Shown here: positions 9,720 through 18,288 of the stretch, piece after piece | Layout: each line of letters begins with the position of its first letter | Position numbering within the stretch: position 1 is the first letter of the stretch | DNA from: an uncultured Chloroflexia bacterium | GTDB lineage: Bacteria; Chloroflexota; Limnocylindria; QHBO01 | Assembly (NCBI GenBank): GCA_963759405.1 | Contig: CAVWZA010000008.1 | Span: forward strand, 1,722-65,721 | Direction: 5' to 3' | Length of the DNA stretch: 64,000 bases | Position numbers and translations under genes: made by a program | Notes under the pieces: model-generated | Told to the model about the DNA's origin: nothing | Seen by the model: the letters and a program-made list of their open reading frames with translations, nothing else | Databases searched by the model: none

Positions 9720-10467
9720 ATGACCGCGGAGTATCCCTACAACGGGCGCCTGAGCCGCTGGGAGGAGATCGCTCCCGGCCTGGCGATCGTTGGCGTGCAG
9801 GCCCTCGAGGAGCCGTTTCCGTTTGCACCCGGCCAGTACGCCACGCTCGGCCTGATGGGACCCGAAAAGCTGATCCAGCGGCCGATGAGCATCTCGTCCT
9901 CGGCCGACGACCTGTCGGAGTACGAGTTCTTCATCCGCCTGGTCGAGCACGGTGGCCTGACACCGCTCATGTGGGAGCGGACGGTCGGCGATGCCATCAA
10001 CATCAAGGGGGCGAAGGGCAAGTTCCTGCTCCAGGACGATGGCCGGACCTGCCTGTTCGTCGCGTCCGGCACCGGGCTGGCGCCGTTCATCAGCATGATC
10101 GAGACGCTGCGCGGGCGCGGGCAGTCCCGGGACATCGTCCTCCTCCATGGCGTGAGCTACGACTACGACCTCGCCTGGCGCACCCAGCTGACCGAGCTCG
10201 CGAACGGCGGCGGCTTCCCGCTGCGGTACGTCGGGCACGGTCTCGCGGCCCCAGGGCTCACCGGACTGGACCGGCTGCACCGGTCGCGTCGAGGCCATCC
10301 TGGCCGACCAGCTCGATGAGCACGGGCTGACGGCCGAGAACACGACGATGTACCTGTGCGGCAACCCCGAGATGGTGAGCGCGGTGGAGGCGATCGCCAC
10401 CGAGCGTGGCTTCGCGCCCGAGCAGGTGCGCAAGGAGCTCTACTGGCCGAAGGGCCGCGAGCACTGA
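9720..10467 (+). pseudogene. Ferredoxin-NADP(+) reductase-like FAD/NAD(P)-binding oxidoreductase; frame break near 10232
   Basis: ORF 9693..10319 contains RPMSISS (RxYS-type FAD motif) and FVASGTGLAPF. The C-terminus TVSRPQGSPDWTGCTGRVEAIL...MYLCGNPEMV...ELYWPKGREH* is in the third frame and stops at 10465-10467. Confidence 0.8.
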
Positions 10468-10477
10468 GCACGCCACG

Positions 10478-12041
10478 ATGAGCGACCGCTTCTACCTGAC
10501 CACCGCGATCTTCTACCCGAGCGAGCGTCCCGCGCTGCACTCGATGTTCGAGGCGATCGGGGCCGACGCCATCGCCCGCTACCAGCGGCTGCTCGGCCGT
10601 GAGACGCGCTTCCTGACCGGCCTGGACGAGCACTCCGCCAACGTGGAGCGCGACGCGCGCGAGCGAGGGGTCGACGCGCACGACCTGATCGATCCGTGGG
10701 CCGCCACCTGGAAGGCGACCTTCGAGCGCTTCGGCATCAGCTTCGATCGGTTCATCCGCACCACCGATCCGGACCACGCGGCCGCATCGGTCGAGATGGT
10801 GCGCCGCGCACAGGCGGCCGGCGACGTCTACGAGGGCGTCTACTCAGGCTGGTACTGCACCGGCTGCAACGAGTTCAAGACCGATCAGCAGCTCGTGAAC
10901 GGGCGCTGCCCCGACCATCCGACCCTGGAGCCGCAATGGCTGGAGGAGAACAACTACTTCTTCCGGCTCTCCGCCTACCAGGAGCGGCTCGAGCGGCTGT
11001 ACGCCGAGAACCCGTCCTTCTGCGAGCCGGAGCACTTCCGCAACGAGGTGCTGGGCTGGCTGCGCGAGGGGCTCCGCGACTTCAGCATCAGCCGCTCGGG
11101 GACGACCTGGGGCATCCCGTTCCCCGGCGACGAGAAGCACCGCATCTACGTCTGGTTCGACGCCCTGACCAACTACCTGACCGGGGCCGGCTTCCCGGAT
11201 GACGCCGCGTCCTTCGAGAAGTGGTGGCCGGCCGACCTGCACGTCATCGGCAAGAACATCACCCGCTTCCATTGCCTCTACTGGCCGGCGATGCTGATGA
11301 GCGCCGGCCTGCCGCTGCCGAAGCAGGTCTTCGCCCACGGCTTCATGCTCGACCGCGGCCAGCGCATGAGCAAGACGACCGGCAACACCGAGGATCCCGA
11401 CCAGGCGGCCGACACGTTCGGCATCGACGGCGTCCGCTACGTCGTGCTGCGCGAGGTGCCGTTCGATCGCGACGCCGACGTCACCTGGGACGGCCTCGTG
11501 CGGCGCTACAACGCGGACCTCGCCAACGACCTCGGCAACCTGGTCAACCGCACGGTCAGCATGAGCAACCGCTACCTCGACGGCAGGCTCCCGCCGGTGA
11601 CCGATGCGGCTCAGCCGGCAGACGACGAGATTCGCGCCACCGCCGCGCGCACGCGTCGAGACCTACCACGCCGCCATGTCTCGCTACCACCTCGACGAGG
11701 CGCTGGCGGCCATCATGGACCTCGCCGGAGCCGCCAACGGCTACGCGGAGGGCCAGGCGCCGTGGAGCCTGAACAAGGCGGGGGAGACCGAGCGCGTCGG
11801 CCAGGTGCTGGCGGTCATGGGCGAGGTCTGCCGCATCCTGGGTCACCTGCTCGCGCCGGTGGCACCCGCCGGCGCGCGAGCCATCCACGAGCAGCTCGGC
11901 GTCCCGCCGCCCTACGACGACCGCGGCGCGGGCGGCCCCGGCCTCGACCGTCTGCTGGAGTGGGGCGCGGCGGGCGGCGCCACGGTGAGCGGAGCGGCCG
12001 TGCCCATCTTCCCGCGCATCGAGGCGGAGGCGGCGGTCTGA
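10478..12041 (+). pseudogene. metG: Methionyl-tRNA synthetase; frame break near 11645
   Basis: ATG 10478 within ORF 10406..12844. Contains TTAIFYPSERPALHSMFEAIGAD, the CTGCNEF...CPDH knuckle and RMSKTTGN (KMSKS). The anticodon-binding end YHLDEALAAIMDLAGAANGY...IFPRIEAEAAV* is in ORF 11604..12041. Confidence 0.95.
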
Positions 12042-12844
12042 GCGGACGCGATCGTCCCGCGCGGCTGTCGGGGCTCATCGACTCGCACTGCCATCTCCAG
12101 CACGAGCGCTTCGACGCGGACCGCGAAGCGGTCCTCGAGCGGGCCGTGGCGGCGGGCATCGAACGAATCCTGGTGCCCGGCTGGGACGTGGCCTCGTCGG
12201 AGGCCGCGCTCGGGCTGGCCGAGCGGCATGCGCCGCTCGTGCAGGGTGCCGTCGGGCTGCATCCTCACTACGCGGCCGCGGCCGACGAGGGCACGTGGCG
12301 TGAGCTCGAGGGGCTGCTCGGCGACCCGCGCTGCTCGGCGGCCGGTGAGATCGGCCTCGACTTCTTCCGGAACCTGTCGCCGCCGGACGTGCAGCGCGCC
12401 GCCTTCGAGCGACAGCTGGGCATCGCCGCCGAGCGCGGCCTGCCCGTGCTCGTCCACGATCGCGACGCCCACGACGAGGTGACGAGCGCCCTGAGCCGCT
12501 GGCCGGGGCGCCGCGCTTCGGGCGCTGCTCGGGGAGTGCTGCATGCCTTTTCCGGCGACGCGGCCATGGCGGCGACCCTCACCGGGCGTGGATTCCTCGT
12601 CAGCTTCGCCCTTCCGGTCAGCTTCAGGAGCGCCGTCGGGCCGCGATCAGCGGCGGCGGCGATCCCGGCCGAGAGCTACCTCGTGGAGACCGATGCGCCG
12701 TACCTCGGGCCGGACCGCAACGGCCGCAACGAGCCGACCACCACGCTCCGCGTCGCGGCCGAGCTCGCCCGCCTTCGAGGGATGGAGCCGCAGGCGGTGG
12801 CGGATGACGCGCGACGAGCGTACGAGCGCCTGATCGCCACCTGA
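12038..12844 (+). CDS. tatD: TatD-family metal-dependent hydrolase; start codon uncertain
   Basis: LIDSHCHLQHERF...VGLHPHY...GEIGLDFF...LPVLVHDRDAH...VLHAFSG...ETDAPYL, at the end of ORF 10406..12844. There is no ATG/GTG/TTG between the metG stop and the HxH motif; CTG at 12038 is the nearest candidate. Confidence 0.85.
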   Translation: MSGRDRPARLSGLIDSHCHLQHERFDADREAVLERAVAAGIERILVPGWDVASSEAALGLAERHAPLVQGAVGLHPHYAAAADEGTWRELEGLLGDPRCSAAGEIGLDFFRNLSPPDVQRAAFERQLGIAAERGLPVLVHDRDAHDEVTSALSRWPGRRASGAARGVLHAFSGDAAMAATLTGRGFLVSFALPVSFRSAVGPRSAAAAIPAESYLVETDAPYLGPDRNGRNEPTTTLRVAAELARLRGMEPQAVADDARRAYERLIAT

Positions 12845-12951
12845 TCGACGCCTTGCTCGGGTGGCGGCAATGGGGTTGGCACGCCGGTTGCTCAAGGTCG
12901 GGTCGCGGTGGTACATGCCGCCGCTCCATACGAAGGAGGAGGACCCAGCGA

Positions 12952-13176
12952 ATGGGCCAGGTCAACGTCAACACACCGGGGGACGGGGGAGGCGAGCCGG
13001 CGGGGAGCAGCGGAGCCGGCTTCATTCTCGGGATCATCATCGCGATCATCGTCATCGCGGTGCTCGTCTACGTGCTCGTCCTGGCGCCGCCGGCCGACAA
13101 CGGTGGCACCGACACGACCGACGACGGCGGCGAGGCGCCGGTGCCGAGCGCGCTCATGGTGACCCATCGCGCCTGA
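12952..13176 (+). CDS. Small single-TM membrane protein (74 aa)
   Basis: ATG 12952 is preceded by a strong SD, GAAGGAGGAGGA (12932-12943). Sequence MGQVNVNTPGDGGGEPAGSSGAGFILGIIIAIIVIAVLVYVLVLAPP... Confidence 0.6.
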   Translation: MGQVNVNTPGDGGGEPAGSSGAGFILGIIIAIIVIAVLVYVLVLAPPADNGGTDTTDDGGEAPVPSALMVTHRA

Positions 13177-13198
13177 TCTCCCGCGCGACGATTCACCG

Positions 13199-13229
13199 AC
13201 GATGCCCCGGCCTGGCGCCGGGGCATCGT
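13199..13229 (+). terminator. Hairpin with a 13-bp perfect stem and 5-nt loop downstream of the small membrane protein gene
   Basis: ACGATGCCCCGGC-ctggc-GCCGGGGCATCGT, read directly. There is no T-tract, as is usual in high-GC genomes. Confidence 0.5.
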
Positions 13230-13244
13230 TCACGTCCGGCGACC

Positions 13245-13274
13245 TTGACATTCCCCTCGCGCGGATGCTACCTT
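13245..13274 (+). promoter_or_regulatory. Putative sigma-70-type promoter of groES-groEL
   Basis: TTGACA (13245-13250), an 18-nt spacer, then TACCTT (13269-13274) preceded by TGC (extended -10-like). It lies immediately upstream of the CIRCE element. Confidence 0.45.
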
Positions 13275-13279
13275 GCCAC

Positions 13280-13306
13280 TTAGCACTCTCGTCGGTTGAG
13301 TGCCAG
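13280..13306 (+). promoter_or_regulatory. CIRCE (HrcA operator) element
   Basis: TTAGCACTC-N9-GAGTGCCAG against the consensus TTAGCACTC-N9-GAGTGCTAA. Located 96 nt upstream of the groES start. Confidence 0.85.
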
Positions 13307-13401
13307 TTCCGCGGTCGAATCGGCCGCCCTGGCGCTCCCGCGGAAGCACCTCAATCGCAGCACATGCACCGGTTGCGCACGCAAGGAGGCACTACGCACA
13401 C

Positions 13402-13716
13402 ATGACCAGCACGGTCAGCAGCACGGCGACCAACCTGAAGCCGCTTGGCAGCAACGTGATCGTCAAGCCGACGCCCCGCGAGGAGATGACCAAGAGCGGC
13501 ATCGTCCTGCCGGACACGGCAAAGGAGCGCCCGCAGGAGGGCTCGATCCTGGCCGTCGGCCCGGGTCGCACGCTCGACAACGGATCACGTGAGGAGATCG
13601 AGGTCGCGGTCGGCCAGAAGGTCCTCTTTCAGAAGTACGCCGGCACCGAGTTCAAGCTCGACGACGACGAGCTCCTGATCCTGAAGCACGGCGACATCCT
13701 GGCGATCGTCGACTAG
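13402..13716 (+). CDS. groES: Co-chaperonin GroES
   Basis: ATG 13402 with AAGGAGG at 13383-13389. LKPLGSNVIVKP..EEMTKSGIVLPDTAKERPQEGSILAVGPGR. Confidence 0.97.
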   Translation: MTSTVSSTATNLKPLGSNVIVKPTPREEMTKSGIVLPDTAKERPQEGSILAVGPGRTLDNGSREEIEVAVGQKVLFQKYAGTEFKLDDDELLILKHGDILAIVD

Positions 13717-13782
13717 CGACGCGCAGATCATATCTCGCCGCCGGCGCGCGGCGCATCAAGCACTAGGAGGAATACGAGAACC

Positions 13783-15411
13783 GTGGCGAAGCAGCTGCTG
13801 TTCGAGGAAGAGGCGCGTCGTGCACTGAAGCGCGGCGTGGACAAGATGGCCGATGCCGTCAAGGTCACGCTTGGCCCCAAGGGCCGATACGCTCTCCTCG
13901 ACAAGAAATACGGCGCACCGACGATCACCAACGACGGTGTGACCATCGCACGCGACATCGAGCTCGAGGACCCGTACGAGAACATGGGTGCTCAGCTGCT
14001 CGAGGAGGTCGCCACCAAGACGAACGACGTGGCCGGTGACGGCACCACGACGAGCATCGTCCTGGCACAGGCCATCATCACCGAGGGCCTCAAGAACGTC
14101 ACCGCCGGCGCCAGCCCGATGGGGCTGAAGCGCGGCCTGGAGAAGGGCGTCTCGGCAATCGTCGAGGAGATCAAGCGCCTCTCGAAGCCGGTCGAGACGA
14201 GCGACGACATCGCGCACATCGCCTCGATCAGCGCCCGCGACACCGAGATCGGCCAGATGATCGCCGAGGTCATGGACAAGGTCGGCAAGGACGGCGTCGT
14301 CACTGTCGAGGAGTCTCAGGGGCTGAAGCTCGAGAAGGAATTCGTCGAGGGCATGCAGCTCGATCGCGGCTACCTCTCCGCCTACATGGTCACCTCGACC
14401 GACGGCGGGAAGATGGAGGCCACGCTCGACCAGCCGTACATCCTCGTCACCGACAAGAAGATCAGCGCGGTGGCTGACATCCTTCCGACCCTCGAGAAGA
14501 CCGTCTCGACCGGCAAGCCGCTCCTGATCATCGCCGAGGACGTCGACGGCGAGGCGCTCGCGACGCTGGTCGTGAACAAGCTGAAGGGGACGATCAGCGT
14601 CCTGGCCGTCAAGGCCCCGGGCTTCGGCGATCGCCGCAAGGCCATGCTCGAGGACATCGCCACGCTGACCGGCGCTCGCGTCATCAGCGAGGAGGTCGGC
14701 CGCAAGCTCGACAGCGTCACCCTCGAGGATCTGGGTGAGGCACGGCGCGTGACGTCCACCAAGGACACCACCACCATCGTCGAGGGCAAGGGCGATGCGA
14801 GCGGCGATCAAGGCCCGCATCGCCATGATCAAGGCCCAGATCGAGGACACCACCAGCGACTTCGATCGTGAGAAGCTCCAGGAGCGCCTGGCCAAGCTCT
14901 CCGGCGGCGTCGCCGTCCTCAAGGTCGGCGCGGCCACCGAGGTCGAGCTCAAGGAGAAGAAGCACCGCATCGAGGACGCCCTCTCGGCGGCTCGTGCGGG
15001 CGTCGAGGAGGGCATGGTCGCCGGTGGCGGCTCGGTCCTCATCCACTCGATGCCGGCGCTCGACAAGGTCGAGGTGCTCGGCGACGAGCTGATCGGCGTC
15101 AACATCCTGCGCCGTGCGCTGGAGGAGCCGCTCCGCCAGATCGCGATCAACGCCGGCCAGGAGGGCTCGGTCGTCGTCGAGGCGGTCCGCAAGCTCAAGC
15201 CCGGGCAGCGGCTACGACGCGCAGCGCGGCGAGTACGGCGACCTGTTCGCGTGGGGCGTGATCGATCCGGCCAAGGTGACCCGATCGGCGCTGGAGAACG
15301 CGGCGAGCGTCTCCGGCCTGCTGCTCACCACCGAGACGGCCATCACCGATCTCCCCGAGAAGGAGAAGGCGATGCCGGGCATGCCGCCCGGCGGCGGGAA
15401 TGGACTTCTAG
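13783..15411 (+). pseudogene. groEL: Chaperonin GroEL; three frame breaks (about 14796, 15209 and 15399)
   Basis: [35 protein letters not shown]...DGTTT in ORF 13783..14871, continuing in 14795..15796 ([39 protein letters not shown]). It then moves to 15114..15602 ([31 protein letters not shown]). The end GGG(a)ATGGACTTCTAG gives the canonical ...GGGMDF* once one A is removed. Confidence 0.97.
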
Positions 15412-15433
15412 TCCCGCACTCTCGCACCGATGC

Positions 15434-15461
15434 GAAGGCCCCGGCTTCGGCCGGGGCCTTC
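15434..15461 (+). terminator. Intrinsic terminator-like hairpin after groEL
   Basis: GAAGGCCCCGGC-ttcg-GCCGGGGCCTTC, a 12-bp perfect stem with a tetraloop, 23 nt after the groEL stop. Confidence 0.7.
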
Positions 15462-15559
15462 GTCGTGTCCGGGGACGACAAAAGCGTCATGCGCGGCGCG
15501 CTTCCGATCCCTCTACACTCGCGGGCATCAAGCGCGACCACGCACGTGAAGGGAGCCAG

Positions 15560-17643
15560 ATGCCCGGGCACCTCCGACGCCGCAGCCTCGTCCTCACCCT
15601 GACCCTCCTCATCGGCGCCGCGGTTGCCCCGCAATCGGCGTCGGCCGCCGCTCCGGCGATGGCCACCGCCATCATCGCCGGCGGCCTCGTCGATCCCGTG
15701 GGACGTGGCCTTCGTGCCGGACGGCACCATGCTGGTCACCGAGCGCGCCGGGTCGCGTGCGCGTGTACTCGAGCGGTGCCGTCGGCGCGTCGCTGATCCG
15801 GACCGTCACCGATCGCGTCCGTCCGGGCCGAGGGCGAGGCCGGGCCTGATGGGCATCGCCGTCGACGTTGACTTCGCCACCAACCGATTCGTCTACGTCT
15901 GCGCGTCTCGCGATTACACGAGCAGCGGCGGCTGGGTGAACCAGGTGCTCCGCTACACGATCGGCCGACGACCGGCAGCTGGCATGAGCGGCACCGTTCT
16001 GCTCAGCGGCATGCTGCGCCAACACCATCCACAACGGCTGCGCGCTCGAGATGGATCGCTTCGGCAAGCTGTGGATCGGCATGGGCGACTCCGGCGGATG
16101 CACCGCGTGCCGCAGAACCGGAACAGCCTCAACGGCAAGATCCTGCGGATCAACCGGGACGGCAGCGATCCCGTCCGACAACCCCGTCATCGCCGGCACG
16201 CGCAACGCGGTCTACTCGATGGGTCATCGCAACCCGCAGGGCATCGCCATCCGGCCGGGCACCGACCAGGTGTACGCCATCGGAGCACGGGCCTGAACGT
16301 CAACGACGAGATCAACCTCATCGAACGCCGGCGGCAATTACGGCTGGCCCTGCTACACCGGCGCCGGGATCGCCGTATCAGACCAGCCGGCTGCGGGCCC
16401 GTCCACGAGCTACCGCGAGTCGCTCTGGGCATCGGGCGGCTCGACGATCGCAACCTCGGGCGGCGCGTTCGCGAGCGGCACGCAGTGGGCACGACTACAA
16501 CGGCAACCTGTTCGTGAGCACCCTGAAGGAGAGCGACGTCCGGCGCTTCTCGATCAACGCCGCCGGCACGACGCTCGGGGTGCCGGCCACCCACTTCAAC
16601 AACAGTTGGGGACGGCTCCGCGCCATGGTCTCCGGCCCCGGCGGCCAGCTCTACATCACCACCTCGAACGGCAACAACGACCGGGTGATCCGGATCAGTC
16701 CCGCGACCCCGACTGTGTCGCGGCTCGCCGGCAGCGATCGGTACGCGACGGCCGCGGCAATCAGCGAGGTCCGCATTCCCCGGTGGCGTGCGCATCCGTC
16801 ATGGTCGCCACGGGCTGAAGACTTCCCCGATGCACTGGCCGGCAGCGCTGCGGCCGGACGCTTCGGCATGCCCATCCTGCTGGTCCAGCAGAACGCGATC
16901 CCGGCATGCAACGCGCGACCGAGATCGACCGGCTCAACCCGCAACGAGATCTACGTCCTCGGGGGGCTCGGCGTGGTGTCGGAGGCGGTTCGAACCGGCC
17001 CTGGTGCCGTACGCATCGACGGGGGAGGTCCACGCGTCTGGCCGGCGCCGACCGCTACGCCACTGCGGCGACGAATCAGCTCCGACCTGGTATGCGCCCG
17101 GCGTCCAGGCCGCCTTCATCGCCACCGGGGCCGGCTTCGCGGACGCCCTGGCCGGCGGCCCAGCGGCCGCGCTCAACGACTCGCCGCTGCTGCTGGTCGG
17201 GCAGAACACGATTCCCGACGGCCACGGCGGCTGAGCTCACTCGGCTCAAGCCGCAGCGGATCTACGTGCTCGGCGGCACCGCGCGTCGTCAGCTGAGGGC
17301 GGTGCGCGGACTGCGCTCGATGCGTACACGACGGGACCGGTGACGCGCCTCGCCGGCGCCGAATCGGTTCGCCACCGCCGCCGCCGTCGTCGCGCGCCTT
17401 CTGGGTCAAGAGCAGCGCGTACGTCGCGACCGGCTGACGCTTCGCCGACGCGCTTGCGGGCGGCGCCGTCGCGGGCAAGGTCGGGCGTGCCGATCCTGCT
17501 GGTCGACGGCACCGGCGGTGCCGCTGGCCACCGGCCAGGAGATCCTGCGCCTCGGCTCGCGGACGTTGGTCATGCTTGGTGGCACCGGCGTCATCAGCCC
17601 GGCGGCAGAAGCTCGCCTGAAACGGCTGGTGGGCACGCCGTAG
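15560..17643 (+). pseudogene. Secreted PQQ-dependent (glucose/sorbosone) dehydrogenase-like beta-propeller fused to three C-terminal cell-wall-binding repeat-2 (CWB2) units; at least 10 frame breaks
   Basis: Signal peptide [29 protein letters not shown] (ATG 15560, SD GAAGGGAG). Propeller motifs are scattered over three frames: [90 protein letters not shown]. Three CWB2 units (RLAGSDRYATAAAIS...FPDALAGSAAAGRFGMPILLV...IYVLGG) follow. Stop TAG at 17641-17643. Confidence 0.75.
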
Positions 17644-17731
17644 CGTCGATTTGTCGAGTGCGGCGCCCGGCGACGCGTCGTGGGGTCGAGCGGCGCGACG
17701 TGCGCGCCGCCGAACCTGACAGGAGGATTCG

Positions 17732-18121
17732 ATGCGCTACGTGATGTTCACCTACGTCGACCCCGAGGACGTTGCCGCCTGGGAGGCATCGACCCGGGAG
17801 GAGCAGACCGCCGACGTCGAGCGGCATCGTGAGTGGTTCCGGAAGTGGAGCGACCACGTGGAAGGCGGAGAGGAGCTCGACTATCCCCGCACGGTCAAGA
17901 CGCTGCGACCCGGGCGCCAGGGCGACGGGATCGCGGTGACCGATGGGCCGTATGTCGAGACCAAGGAGCTGCTCGGCGGCTTCGTGATCCTCGAGGCCAC
18001 CGACATGGACGAGGCGGTCGCCATCGCGTCGGAGTGGCCGTCGCTGTCGACGCAGAAGCATGCGACGGTCCAGATCGAGCCGGTCTATCTCCGTCCCGAG
18101 GGTGGCACGCCGCCTGCATAA
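17732..18121 (+). CDS. YciI-family (DGPF domain) protein
   Basis: ORF 17732..18121 with AGGAGG 7 nt upstream. ...VTDGPYVETKELLGGFVILEATDMDEAVAIA is typical of YCII-related proteins. Confidence 0.85.
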   Translation: MRYVMFTYVDPEDVAAWEASTREEQTADVERHREWFRKWSDHVEGGEELDYPRTVKTLRPGRQGDGIAVTDGPYVETKELLGGFVILEATDMDEAVAIASEWPSLSTQKHATVQIEPVYLRPEGGTPPA

Positions 18122-18129
18122 GACCCCGC

Positions 18130-18231
18130 ATGGAAGTCATCGCCGTCCTGATCGTGCTCGCGGTCGGGCTGATGCTCGAGCGGGACCGTCTCGCCCCGCA
18201 GCGGATCCGCGCGCGCCGACGCGAACGCTAG
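18130..18231 (+). CDS. Possible 33-aa TM peptide
   Basis: MEVIAVLIVLAVGLMLERDRLAPQRIRARRRER*. The only support is hydrophobic-then-basic composition. Confidence 0.2.
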   Translation: MEVIAVLIVLAVGLMLERDRLAPQRIRARRRER

Positions 18232-18288
18232 GCGCCGGCCCGGCTCACGAGCCTGCGCACCGGGGGTGGCGCCCCTAGAATCGGGCTG

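Noticed and set aside
10406-12844. Single 812-aa ORF suggesting a MetRS-TatD fusion protein
   Set aside because: The genuine MetRS anticodon-binding C-terminus is in another frame (11604..12041) with its own stop. The middle of the 812-aa ORF is Arg/Pro/Gly junk. The apparent fusion results from the frame break near 11645 plus an open TatD frame.
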